A DNA stretch of 64,000 nt, taken from Clostridiales bacterium (GTDB lineage: Bacteria; Bacillota; Clostridia; Saccharofermentanales; Saccharofermentanaceae). Below, in pieces: positions 9,890-19,027 of this stretch (positions are counted from its first letter, which is position 1; every line of letters begins with the position of its first letter). Below the pieces are notes generated by a model. The model ran no database searches and had not been told where the DNA came from. It saw only the letters and a list, made by a program, of their open reading frames with translations. The stretch is taken from the NCBI GenBank assembly GCA_017513085.1, contig JAFWDK010000008.1:13895-77894 (forward strand), read 5' to 3'. The position numbers were made by a program, and so were the translations under genes.

Positions 9890-10290
9890 GACTCCTCCAC
9901 ATTACGTGGTCTCGCCTTCGGCGCACTGCGGACTTTTCTGGCGCTCTTATCCGATGCATACCTGCGCATGAAAACTGTAAACGCAGCTTCCAGCTCGCTT
10001 TCATTCTTGATCGAGTAGAAATACTGATCACCATTCTTGGCGTATTCCGTTCTCATGATCACCAGTTCCGGATCCGCATGATTTCCATCGTCCGGTTCAT
10101 AGTTATACATCACTACGTATTCGATGTTCTCGATCGAAAACGTATCGATCATGGAAAGATAGTATTCCTTCCCGTTGGAAGCATCGCGGATAACAGCAAG
10201 CGCATCACCCTCCTTCGGAGAATGATGCGTCGTTCTTGCATTACTTGCGATCTTGGATTTAGTTTTCTTCGTCTGAGTAGTCTTCTTCAT
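9886..10290 (-). CDS. DUF1292 family protein (second copy)
   Basis: AVIRDASNGKEYYL..DTFSIENIEYVVM...IKNESELEAAF aligns with the upstream paralog; start uncertain. Confidence 0.65.
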   Translation of the reverse strand: MKKTTQTKKTKSKIASNARTTHHSPKEGDALAVIRDASNGKEYYLSMIDTFSIENIEYVVMYNYEPDDGNHADPELVIMRTEYAKNGDQYFYSIKNESELEAAFTVFMRRYASDKSARKVRSAPKARPRNVEES

Positions 10291-10621
10291 CTTCAAGCTC
10301 TGCCTCATCGCAAAGACGGTCGTATTCAGCATAGATCTCATCTGCTTCCGACTCATCAAGGCTCATCAGACCTTCTTCGCCGTTCTCCATCGTCACAACC
10401 TTGGTAATGACCATTTCCGGCTCTTCCTCATCGGTAGTAACCAGTACGCAATAGGACTGATCCTTATATTCGAAATCATCCACCAAAGCAAACTGATACT
10501 CTTCGCCACTATCTGCATCGATCATCGTAATGATTGCTTCGTCCTCATTCATGCACTCTTCCGAGCCTTCTGCGCAGTTCAAATTGCAATCATCACAATT
10601 CTTTTCACAATTAAATAACAT
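10259..10621 (-). CDS. DUF1292 family protein
   Basis: IITMIDADSGEEYQFALVDDFEYKDQSYCVL; acidic; typical position after ruvX. Confidence 0.8.
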   Translation of the reverse strand: MLFNCEKNCDDCNLNCAEGSEECMNEDEAIITMIDADSGEEYQFALVDDFEYKDQSYCVLVTTDEEEPEMVITKVVTMENGEEGLMSLDESEADEIYAEYDRLCDEAELEDEEDYSDEEN

Positions 10622-10685
10622 AAAGCACCTCCGTTACTGTTTCGTCTTGCAACGAATAAATTATTATACCATGAATATCCCCGCT

Positions 10686-11105
10686 TTAGCGATGCATATC
10701 CAAATATTCCTGTAAGATGATCTCCGCGGCTACCTGGTCAACGACTTTCTTCTTATTTTTCCCTGAAACACCAGTTGTCCGAAGATATTGGGATGCGATC
10801 ACCGTGGTGAAGCGCTCATCACGGAAAACAGGTTCGATTCCGACTCTCTGACTAAGTTCGGCTCCAAAAGCAACCGCCTTTTCTTCGGATTCACTGACTG
10901 TACCATCCGTACGGCTCGGCTTACCCAGCACGATGGTAGTCACCTGTTTCTCCTCTACGATCTGAGAAAGTCTTGTCAATGCGTATTCACTGTCCTGACC
11001 ATTCCAGGAAATCGTTTCAAAACCCTGTGCCATGATACCGAGCGGATCACTGAGCGCTACCCCGATCCTTCTCGTACCAAAATCAATCGCCATGACTCGA
11101 CCCAT
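10686..11105 (-). CDS. ruvX: YqgF/RuvX family nuclease
   Basis: AIDFGTRRIGVALSD, DERFTT, VDQVAAEIILQEYLD. Confidence 0.95.
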   Translation of the reverse strand: MGRVMAIDFGTRRIGVALSDPLGIMAQGFETISWNGQDSEYALTRLSQIVEEKQVTTIVLGKPSRTDGTVSESEEKAVAFGAELSQRVGIEPVFRDERFTTVIASQYLRTTGVSGKNKKKVVDQVAAEIILQEYLDMHR

Positions 11106-11130
11106 CGACGTACACTTCTCCTAAAAACTC

Positions 11131-11391
11131 TTACTCGTCCGCCAGACGCTCGCAGTAATCGCGCACGATCACCTCGAGGAGCTCATCTCTCTCCATACGG
11201 CGGATGATGCCTCTGGCTCCCTTATAATTGGTAATGTAAGTCGGATCACCGGACATAAAATAACCCACCAGCTGGTTGATCGGATTATATCCCTTCTCCT
11301 GTAATGCATCGAGAACCTGCATCATAAGTTCCTTCGCATCCTCGGAGCGATCCATATTAAAAGAAAATCTAGCTGTGCCCGAATCCTGCAT
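11131..11391 (-). CDS. ireB: IreB/ReoM (UPF0297) regulatory phosphoprotein
   Basis: [26 protein letters not shown] motif. Confidence 0.92.
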   Translation of the reverse strand: MQDSGTARFSFNMDRSEDAKELMMQVLDALQEKGYNPINQLVGYFMSGDPTYITNYKGARGIIRRMERDELLEVIVRDYCERLADE

Positions 11392-11502
11392 TGTCGACGC
11401 ACCTCCTTCATTTAAACATCCACATCAATGGATATATTCTACCACACAAAAAATCAATAAATCACAAGAATATTGTAACAAAAATCAAAATTTCTGAAAA
11501 CT

Positions 11503-12816
11503 CTAAGAGCCCGTCACTGGAAAACCCTTGCCGCGCAGCGTAAAGCCGTCTGCGGATCCCACCCTGCACGAGAGCAAAATGCCGGGTTTCAGGCAGTCGC
11601 TATCGCAAGTACCCAAAACACGGATATACTCCCTGCAATATCCTTCGAAAAGTCCCGGCTCAGGCACTTTTTCCACGAGTACTTCCACCTCTGCCCCGAC
11701 CATTTCACGGGCTCTTTCCGCTTCCATAACATCCGATATTTCACGAAGCTCCGCAGTCCTTCGGTTCTTCACGGAAGGATCCACCTGGTCAGGCATAGAA
11801 AACGCTTTGGTACCTTCGCGCGGAGAAAACGGAAAAACATGGATATGCGTGAATCCGATCTCTTTGGCAAAGGCACAGGACTCCTTATGCTCCTCCTCCG
11901 TCTCACCCGGAAAGCCGCAGATCATATCAGTAGTAAAGCTCGCCGTCGGAAAAGCACTTCTCAGTTTCCGTACCACTTCCCGGAAAAGTTCAGTGTCATA
12001 TTTCCTGTTCATTCTTTTCAGCACCGAATCTGATCCGCTTTGAAGTGAAAGATGGAAATGCGGACATATCTTACCATTATCTCTGAGCATACCGATCAGC
12101 TCATCGGTCATGGAATATGGCTCCAACGACCCAAGTCGGATGCGCTCCACACCATCAATACCGGCCACTTCAGAAAGCAGCTCACCCAGAGCCGAAGGCC
12201 CATGCCCCAGTTCTTTTTCATAAGAACAAAGATGAATACCTGTAATGACGAACTCGCTATACCCCTTGCCCGCCAGATCCCGGATCTCTTCCAGCACAGC
12301 TTCACGGCTCCGGCTTCTTACCCGGCCGCGGGAATAAGGGATGATACAGTAGGTGCAAAAATTATTGCATCCATCCTCGATCTTTACGACCGCACGTGTT
12401 CCCTCCTGAAGAAGCACCGCACCATACTCAAAGAAACGCCCGCCTGCATCATAAAGATCATTTTCTTTTTCCGCGCTTCGTATCTGCAGTCTCTCCAAAA
12501 GAAGCGGCACGAGTTTCGGGCGATCACTGGTGCCTACCGTGATGTCCGCGCCCTCTTCATCTTTACACATTTCCGTATGACAGCCCATCGCCACAACGAT
12601 TGCGGACGGGGCAACTCTTCTGGCTTTGCGGATCATCTGCCTCGATTTTCTGTCAGCTTCAGCAGTAACAGCGCATGTGTTCACGACATACACATCGCAT
12701 TGCGAAGGATCCTGCGTCTCTTCAAAACCCTCGCCGGATAAAAGTTTGGCAATGGCCGCACTCTCATATGAATTCACTTTGCAGCCCAATGTCAGAAAGA
12801 AAACTTTGTATGCCAT
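11503..12816 (-). CDS. mtaB: tRNA t6A methylthiotransferase
   Basis: TLGCKVNSYES, NTCAVT, GCNNFCTYCIIP radical-SAM motif, C-terminal TRAM-like region. Confidence 0.92.
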   Translation of the reverse strand: MAYKVFFLTLGCKVNSYESAAIAKLLSGEGFEETQDPSQCDVYVVNTCAVTAEADRKSRQMIRKARRVAPSAIVVAMGCHTEMCKDEEGADITVGTSDRPKLVPLLLERLQIRSAEKENDLYDAGGRFFEYGAVLLQEGTRAVVKIEDGCNNFCTYCIIPYSRGRVRSRSREAVLEEIRDLAGKGYSEFVITGIHLCSYEKELGHGPSALGELLSEVAGIDGVERIRLGSLEPYSMTDELIGMLRDNGKICPHFHLSLQSGSDSVLKRMNRKYDTELFREVVRKLRSAFPTASFTTDMICGFPGETEEEHKESCAFAKEIGFTHIHVFPFSPREGTKAFSMPDQVDPSVKNRRTAELREISDVMEAERAREMVGAEVEVLVEKVPEPGLFEGYCREYIRVLGTCDSDCLKPGILLSCRVGSADGFTLRGKGFPVTGS

Positions 12817-12901
12817 AAACAACCTCACGTCGTAAAATCGAGACTATTATACCCATATTCACGGAAGTTTCATAGCATCGAAAAGTTTTCTTTCGACATC
12901 G

Positions 12902-12929
12902 TTGACATCCAAAACACCTGTGATAAACT
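12902..12929 (+). promoter_or_regulatory. Sigma-A-type promoter of the HPr-like gene
   Basis: TTGACA-16-TAAACT with TG extension. Confidence 0.55.
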
Positions 12930-12962
12930 ATTCCCATACGTTAATAGTCAAGGAGGAGCAAT

Positions 12963-13199
12963 ATGGTTCGCTTTCCAATCCGTTTTCAGTCCATCTCCGA
13001 TGTGAAGGAGTTTGTACAGATAGTTAATTCCTATCCGTATGATGTTGATCTGTCATCCGGCCGTTACGTCGTAGATGCAAAATCGATCATGGGTATCTTC
13101 AGCCTTGAGCTCCAGAGCGCCATTAACCTTGAGATCCACAGCAACACTTGCGACGATCTGGTCGAAGCATTGGCTCCTTTCCGCACTGACGATCAGTAA
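12963..13199 (+). CDS. HPr family protein (Ser46 motif present, His15 absent)
   Basis: VDAKSIMGIFSL motif; AAGGAGG RBS. Confidence 0.88.
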   Translation: MVRFPIRFQSISDVKEFVQIVNSYPYDVDLSSGRYVVDAKSIMGIFSLELQSAINLEIHSNTCDDLVEALAPFRTDDQ

Positions 13200-13246
13200 T
13201 CTTTCCGAAGATCACCCCGACGGGAACCGAAAATCAAGATAAAGCG

Positions 13247-13274
13247 AAGGACTACCATCAAGGTAGTCCTTTTT
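13247..13274. terminator. Terminator between the convergent HPr-like gene and rnr
   Basis: AAGGACTACC-ATCAA-GGTAGTCCTT plus T-run. Confidence 0.8.
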
Positions 13275-13276
13275 GA

Positions 13277-15118
13277 TTATTCAACAAGATTGAAATCGAT
13301 ATGGTGCATCAGCGGATCCGCCGCAACGGCTTTCACTCGAAGTTTCTGCCCGATCCGGTACACCGTTCCCCGCGACCCCCTCGCTTCAAGTTTCTGCTCA
13401 TCGAAAACAAAGTATTCGTTAATAGAATGAAAAGCCACCATTCCTTCTATAGTATTCTCCAACTGTACAAAGATACCGGCATTGCAGGCACCGGATACCA
13501 CAGCATCAAACTCCTCACCCAAACGTTCCTGCATATACTGCGCGCACTTGTAATCCACCGAAGCTCTCTCGGCATCCGCACTGTTCCTTTCCATCTCGGA
13601 ACTGTGATACGCCACCTCAGCAACCAATTTGGCAAAGTGATCCTTCTGGTGCTTCTGGTGCAGGAAACTCTTGATGATCCGGTGAATATACAAGTCAGGA
13701 TAACGACGGATCGGCGAAGTAAAATGGCAGTAGAATTTCGAAGCCAAACCGAAATGGCCGCAGTTCATCTCGGAATACTTTGCTTTGGCCATGCTTCGGA
13801 GCAAAAGCTGATTTAAAGCCGGCGCACACTCCCGATCCTTGATCTCTTCCAACACCTCGCTTAAGAACTTCGGCGTAACTTTTCCGGAAGGTCTTTTATG
13901 CACACCGAAAAGCCGTGCGACATGCAGGAATTCCGCAATCTTCATATCATCCGGTTCCTCATGGATACGGTAGACAAACGGATATTCCATCTTGTTAAAG
14001 CGCTCCGCGATCGCTTCATTTGCTGCGATCATAAACTCTTCGATCACACCATGGATCTCATTGATCGGATAAGCATACACATCCACAGGCTTTCCCTCGG
14101 AATCAAGTTCAACATGCGTCTCCGGGAAAACAAAATCGATGTTTCCGCGCAATCTCCGCTTCTCCTTCAGGATCCGCTTCAGATCCAGCATAGTCTGAAA
14201 CATTCCCTTAAGGTTCTTATACTCTTCGATCTCTTCATTCTCAAAAAGCACCCGGTTGACTTCGTTATATGAGGTTCTTGCATTACTCTCGATCAGACTC
14301 TCATATACGGAATCCTCGATAATATTTCCGGAACCGTCGATAACCATTTCACAAGTCAGACAGAAACGCGGCACATGCGGATTCAAACTGCAAAGTCCAT
14401 TGGAAAGCTTCGGTGGAAGCATCGGAATAACACGATCCACAAGATACACGGAAGTTCCGCGCAGGGCCGCCTCTCTATCAAGTGCCGTCCCCTCACGGAC
14501 ATATTCAGAAACATCGGCGATATGCACCCACAAACGGTACCGGCCATGATCAAGCTTGGCAATAGAGATCGCGTCGTCAAGGTCTTTGGCCTCTTCACCA
14601 TCGATCGTAATGGTCGTAAGATGGCGAAGATCCTTTCTTCCCTGCAGCAAAGCCTCCTCAATCGTCTTATCCTCAGGAGTCAGCGGAAGATCCTGTACTT
14701 CTTCCTGTACCGGAACCGGGAACGAAGAAGACAGTCCAAACTGCCGAAGTATCGACAGCATCGCCACATCGTTGTTTCCGGGATCTCCCAGCACCTCGAT
14801 AATCCTGCCCTCGTAATCACCCTTCTTCGCACTCGGATTCAAGATCTCACAGACGACTTTCATACCGAACGGCGCACCATTCTGCTGATTCTTACGGATA
14901 ATAATACGTCCATATGTGGATGACGGATAGCCGGGATCCGGAACCACCACACCATTATCGATACCTTTCTGAAGGATGCCCACGCACTGGTTTTCCAAAG
15001 CCTGCGGTCCTCTCGGCGCCGTGTCCGCCACAGTAATTTCACGCTCCTGCGGATGCTTGACCAGATTTTTGCTCGCCACCGGGCGAATCTTCATATGTTT
15101 TCTCTTTTGTCTGCCCAT
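13277..15118 (-). CDS. rnr: Ribonuclease R (RNB + S1 domains)
   Basis: TIDGEEAKDLDDAIS, HFTSPIRRYPDL; follows secG; GGAGGG RBS before ATG 15118. Confidence 0.92.
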   Translation of the reverse strand: MGRQKRKHMKIRPVASKNLVKHPQEREITVADTAPRGPQALENQCVGILQKGIDNGVVVPDPGYPSSTYGRIIIRKNQQNGAPFGMKVVCEILNPSAKKGDYEGRIIEVLGDPGNNDVAMLSILRQFGLSSSFPVPVQEEVQDLPLTPEDKTIEEALLQGRKDLRHLTTITIDGEEAKDLDDAISIAKLDHGRYRLWVHIADVSEYVREGTALDREAALRGTSVYLVDRVIPMLPPKLSNGLCSLNPHVPRFCLTCEMVIDGSGNIIEDSVYESLIESNARTSYNEVNRVLFENEEIEEYKNLKGMFQTMLDLKRILKEKRRLRGNIDFVFPETHVELDSEGKPVDVYAYPINEIHGVIEEFMIAANEAIAERFNKMEYPFVYRIHEEPDDMKIAEFLHVARLFGVHKRPSGKVTPKFLSEVLEEIKDRECAPALNQLLLRSMAKAKYSEMNCGHFGLASKFYCHFTSPIRRYPDLYIHRIIKSFLHQKHQKDHFAKLVAEVAYHSSEMERNSADAERASVDYKCAQYMQERLGEEFDAVVSGACNAGIFVQLENTIEGMVAFHSINEYFVFDEQKLEARGSRGTVYRIGQKLRVKAVAADPLMHHIDFNLVE

Positions 15119-15140
15119 ATTTCCCTCCACATACTATGCG

Positions 15141-15178
15141 AAAAAAAGGGCTGAAGTCCGATTCGAACTTTAGCCCTT
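15141..15178 (-). terminator. Terminator-like hairpin after secG
   Basis: AAGGGCTGAAG...CTTTAGCCCTT stem with T-run on the minus strand. Confidence 0.65.
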
Positions 15179-15207
15179 GGTTTACATCTGTAAATGTTTT
15201 TTCCGGA

Positions 15208-15459
15208 TCAGAAGCCTCTTGCCAAGATCAGGAAAAGAACTACGGTCAAAACAGCAAACAGAATTGCGACAAGCAATGTGATCTTCTTCAACTTCTCGTC
15301 AAGAGTTCTGCCCTTTGACTTCTCATAGAAAGAATTCGTGCCGCTGCCACCGACAACGCCCATACCCTGGTCATTACCCTCCTGGGACATAACCAGAATG
15401 ATCAAAGCGATGCAAACTATAATATCTACGCATGTAAGTACAATTGCTAATGTATTCAT
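15208..15459 (-). CDS. secG: Preprotein translocase subunit SecG
   Basis: Two TM helices with Gly-rich loop and KGRTLDEKLKKIT; upstream of rnr. Confidence 0.9.
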   Translation of the reverse strand: MNTLAIVLTCVDIIVCIALIILVMSQEGNDQGMGVVGGSGTNSFYEKSKGRTLDEKLKKITLLVAILFAVLTVVLFLILARGF

Positions 15460-15534
15460 TATATCAGCCTCCAAGACTGTTCTCAAATATTTTAACTGTT
15501 AGATATTAACACAAGACATTCGCAGAATCAACTG

Positions 15535-18276
15535 TTATTTTTGTTTCTTGAATAACTTGTGGATCTCGCTGGCAGCAAACGGAATAAGTGCCAGAAGAAC
15601 GATCGGGATCCAAAGAAGCGGATTGAGTGCCACATTATCAAAGATATGGTTCACACCCGGGATATAGATGACTGCCATAAGCAGCGCGATGGAACCCATC
15701 ACCGAGATATTCATGAAACGGTTGGAGAAAAGGCCGAGTTTAAAGACACTGACCTTCTCGGAACGTGCACTGTACGCACGGAAAAGCTCTGCCAGGATCA
15801 AAGTGGCAAATGCCATGGTCCTTGCTCCCTCGATCGGGGCGGCAGCATCTTTAAAGAACACTGTCAAACCAAGGATAAAGGATGTAAAGACTGTAGCAAA
15901 GATTGCCAGGCTCTGTACGAGAATATTGATCTTCATGGACTTGTTGATGATCGATTCCGATTTCTTTCTCGGCTTCTCGTTCATAATACCGGGCTCGCCC
16001 TTCTCACGTCCCAGCGCCAGAGCCGGGAAGCTGTCCGTTACAAGATTCAGCCACAACAGCTGGATCGCGGTAAGCGGAGTAGCAATATTTGCGACAAGGC
16101 TTGTCGGGATCAAGGAGATCAGGAAGATGATTAGGATCTCACCTACATTACAGGAAAGCAGGAAGCCGACAAACTTACGGATATTGCTGTAGATCACACG
16201 CCCTTCTTCCACAGCGGAAACGATCGTTGCGAAGTTATCGTCCATAAGGATCATATCCGCAGAATTCTTTGCAACGTCCGTACCGGTAATACCCATAGCA
16301 ACGCCGATGTCTGCAGACTTCAGCGCCATAGCGTCATTTACACCGTCACCGGTCATGGAAGCGATATGGTCATTTTTCCGAAGCGCGGTAACGATACGTA
16401 CCTTGTGATCCGGAGAAACACGGGCATATACATTAGTCGTCTCGCACACTGTTTCGAAATCCTTATCAGAAACTTTATCCAGTTCCGCGCCGGAAAGACT
16501 TCCGGAATTCTCATCCATCATACCCAGATCATTGGCGATCGCAACAGCCGTATCTTTATAGTCACCGGTGATCATTACCGCACGGATACCGGCTTTGCGG
16601 CATACCGCCATAGCATCCTTAACTTCGGTTCTTGCCGGATCGATCATACCGACCAGACCCAGGAAGCACATATCCTTCTCGTGTTCAAAATCGGCTTCGA
16701 TCTCTGTTTTTCCTTCAAAAGAACGATAAGCAAAAGCCAGAACGCGAAGTGCTGTCGTCGCATATCCATGATTGATCTCGGAGATCTTCTTTCTTAATTC
16801 TTCCGTCATCGGAACATTCTTTTCACCGTCAAAATACTCGACACAGCGATCCAGAACGATATCCGGCGCACCCTTGGTAAAAGAAACGATCGCGCCTTCA
16901 ATAATATTCGGATGATAAGTAGTCATCATCTTTCTGTCCGAATCAAAAGGAAGTTCCGCAATACGCGGGAAATTCTTATTGGTTTCTTCTTTCGGAAGTC
17001 CGGACTTAGCGCCCAGAGCAATCAAAGCCGCTTCTGTCGGGTCACCGATGCAGGAATATCTGCCGTCTTCTCCCTTAGGTGTTACCGCGTCACTACAGAG
17101 GACGCAGGACTGGAGAAGTCTTGTCAGGCGCGCATTAAGCTCCACTTTATTACCGGAAGCATCCTGGATCTGTCCTTCCGGAGCATAACCGATACCGGTA
17201 ACATCCAAAGAATCCTGACCGTCGAATACTTTACGGACAGTCATCTCGTTCTGTGTAAGAGTACCAGTCTTGTCAGTACAGATCACATCCACACATCCGA
17301 GTGTCTCAACAGCAAGAAGACGACGTACGATCGCTTTCCGGCTGGCCATCTTTGTCATGCCCAAAGCAAGCACGATCGTTACAACAGCCGCAAGACCTTC
17401 AGGAATAGCTGCCACGGCAAGGCTGATCGCTGTCATCAGGCCGTCTTCCCAAGGCTGACCCTGGACCAGAACATTCACCACGAAAACGATCACGCAGACG
17501 ATCACACAAACGACGCCAAGGATCTTTCCGAGTTTAGTAAGGTTCTTCTGAAGCGGAGTTTCTTCATCGTCAATGTTGGAAAGACGATTGGCGATCTTAC
17601 CCAATTCCGTATTTCCACCGGTCTCCACAACAACACCACGGGCACGGCCATATGTTACCGCAGTACCCATATACAGCATATTCTTGCGATCACCTAAACC
17701 GCAATCCACATCCAAAACCACTTCTGCGTCTTTATCGACAGGAACGGACTCACCGGTAAGAGAAGCTTCTTCAACCTTAAGCGAGCTGGCTTCCATTAAT
17801 CGGATATCGGCAGCGATCAGGTCACCGGCATCAAGAACCACTACATCACCGGGAACCAGTTTATCAGAGTCGATCATTTTCTGGATATTATCACGAACGA
17901 CCTTAGCCTGAGGCGAACTCATTTTTTTCAGAGCAGCAATCGCTTCATCGGCTTTACCCTCCTGATAAACACCCAGGATCGCATTGATAATAACAATGGC
18001 AAGGATAACGATAACATCGATCCATCCTTCAAATCCGCCCTCACGAACAGCCATGACAGCAGAAAGGACAGCCGCCGCGATGAGAATGATGACCATCGCA
18101 TCTGCAAACTGTCCGAGGAAACGCTTCCACAGCGGAGTCTTTTTTTCTTCGCCCAAAGAGTTCGGGCCGTACTTGACCAGGCGGGCTTCTGCTTCGCTTT
18201 GCGACAAACCACTCTTCACGTTTGTCTTAAGCTCGTCGATCACACTTTCTTTCTTCATTGAAAACGGATGATTCAT
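15535..18276 (-). CDS. Cation (Ca2+-type) translocating P-type ATPase
   Basis: TGES, IPEGL, DKTGTLT, KGAPD, TGDGVND, QLLWLNLVTD. Confidence 0.95.
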   Translation of the reverse strand: MNHPFSMKKESVIDELKTNVKSGLSQSEAEARLVKYGPNSLGEEKKTPLWKRFLGQFADAMVIILIAAAVLSAVMAVREGGFEGWIDVIVILAIVIINAILGVYQEGKADEAIAALKKMSSPQAKVVRDNIQKMIDSDKLVPGDVVVLDAGDLIAADIRLMEASSLKVEEASLTGESVPVDKDAEVVLDVDCGLGDRKNMLYMGTAVTYGRARGVVVETGGNTELGKIANRLSNIDDEETPLQKNLTKLGKILGVVCVIVCVIVFVVNVLVQGQPWEDGLMTAISLAVAAIPEGLAAVVTIVLALGMTKMASRKAIVRRLLAVETLGCVDVICTDKTGTLTQNEMTVRKVFDGQDSLDVTGIGYAPEGQIQDASGNKVELNARLTRLLQSCVLCSDAVTPKGEDGRYSCIGDPTEAALIALGAKSGLPKEETNKNFPRIAELPFDSDRKMMTTYHPNIIEGAIVSFTKGAPDIVLDRCVEYFDGEKNVPMTEELRKKISEINHGYATTALRVLAFAYRSFEGKTEIEADFEHEKDMCFLGLVGMIDPARTEVKDAMAVCRKAGIRAVMITGDYKDTAVAIANDLGMMDENSGSLSGAELDKVSDKDFETVCETTNVYARVSPDHKVRIVTALRKNDHIASMTGDGVNDAMALKSADIGVAMGITGTDVAKNSADMILMDDNFATIVSAVEEGRVIYSNIRKFVGFLLSCNVGEILIIFLISLIPTSLVANIATPLTAIQLLWLNLVTDSFPALALGREKGEPGIMNEKPRKKSESIINKSMKINILVQSLAIFATVFTSFILGLTVFFKDAAAPIEGARTMAFATLILAELFRAYSARSEKVSVFKLGLFSNRFMNISVMGSIALLMAVIYIPGVNHIFDNVALNPLLWIPIVLLALIPFAASEIHKLFKKQK

Positions 18277-18428
18277 GATCCTACCTCCTAAATGTGCACT
18301 AACCGTGCGTACAAAATATAACACAATAAGATTTCAAGTAAAAGCACCAACCCGATACTTATTAGGATGAATTTTGCTATATTCAGCAAAATACAACATC
18401 CATTCTCAATAAAATACACGGAGAATGC

Positions 18429-18459
18429 AAAAAGGACCGGTTCGTAAGAACCGATCCTT
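18429..18459 (-). terminator. Terminator of the tRNA operon
   Basis: AAGGACCGGTTC...GAACCGATCCTT stem then T-run on the minus strand. Confidence 0.7.
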
Positions 18460-18462
18460 GTT

Positions 18463-18538
18463 TGGTGCCCAGAGTCGGAATCGAACCAACGACACGGGGA
18501 TTTTCAGTCCCCTGCTCTACCGACTGAGCTATCTGGGC
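18463..18538 (-). tRNA. tRNA-Phe (GAA)
   Basis: GCCCAGATAGCTCAG...GGGGA-CTGAAAA-TCCCC...GGTTCGATTCC...CACCA cloverleaf. Confidence 0.97.
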
Positions 18539-18572
18539 AAATGATAATCGGTCCAAAATGGACCGATTATCT

Positions 18573-18649
18573 TGGCGACGCAGAAGGGGCTCGAACCCTC
18601 GACCTCCAGCGTGACAGGCTGGCATTCTAACCAACTGAACTACTGCGCC
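18573..18649 (-). tRNA. tRNA-Asp (GTC)
   Basis: GGCGCAGTAGTTCAG...CCAGC-CTGTCAC-GCTGG...GTTCGAG...GCCA. Confidence 0.97.
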
Positions 18650-18653
18650 GTAA

Positions 18654-18729
18654 TGGTGGAAGATACAGGGCTCGAACCTGTGACCCTCTGCTTGTAAGGC
18701 AGATGCTCTCCCAGCTGAGCTAATCTTCC
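18654..18729 (-). tRNA. tRNA-Val (TAC)
   Basis: GGAAGATTAGCTCAG...TCTGC-CTTACAA-GCAGA...GTTCGAG...ACCA. Confidence 0.97.
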
Positions 18730-18771
18730 ATATCCACCATTTGCCGGGTGCACTTCTGAAGCGCAAGAAAG

Positions 18772-18800
18772 AGTATACCGAAACGAGTAGGAGTTGTCAA
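18772..18800 (-). promoter_or_regulatory. Sigma-A promoter of the tRNA operon
   Basis: TTGACA-17-TATACT on the minus strand. Confidence 0.8.
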
Positions 18801-18922
18801 CAACATTTCCAAAAAAATCTGAAAGATAATTACGACATGTCCGCCGATGCCCTGACTACAGTGCTTTTGGCGCAGAAATCCGACATCCTGATGCGATAAA
18901 CCGACAATTTCCTCAAGAGACA

Positions 18923-18951
18923 TTGACACCTGTAACGGATATATCTATTAT
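18923..18951 (+). promoter_or_regulatory. Sigma-A promoter of the SBP-DUF4214 gene
   Basis: TTGACA-17-TATTAT; 5'-UTR hairpin at 18971-19002. Confidence 0.65.
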
Positions 18952-19027
18952 CAGGTATAAGGGTTAAGAATACGGGGTCGAAAGTCATGAGGCGGTCCCG
19001 TAAAATCAAGATCAGGGAGGTTATGAT

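Noticed and set aside
10195-10216. Strong SD (AAGGAGGGTG) inside the second DUF1292 ORF suggesting a frameshifted TTG start
   Set aside because: Residues DALAVIRD align with the paralog's domain start, so the SD is probably coincidental Lys-Glu-Gly codons
13277-15459. secG-rnr without smpB and with a short RNase R
   Set aside because: Ordinary variation in gene order and terminal domains
18543-18571. Perfect hairpin between tRNA-Asp and tRNA-Phe
   Set aside because: Ordinary spacer or processing stem in a tRNA operon
18383-18766. 127-aa minus-strand ORF
   Set aside because: Runs through three tRNA genes; spurious
18971-19002. 5'-UTR hairpin as a riboswitch
   Set aside because: Single short stem with no recognisable aptamer or expression platform
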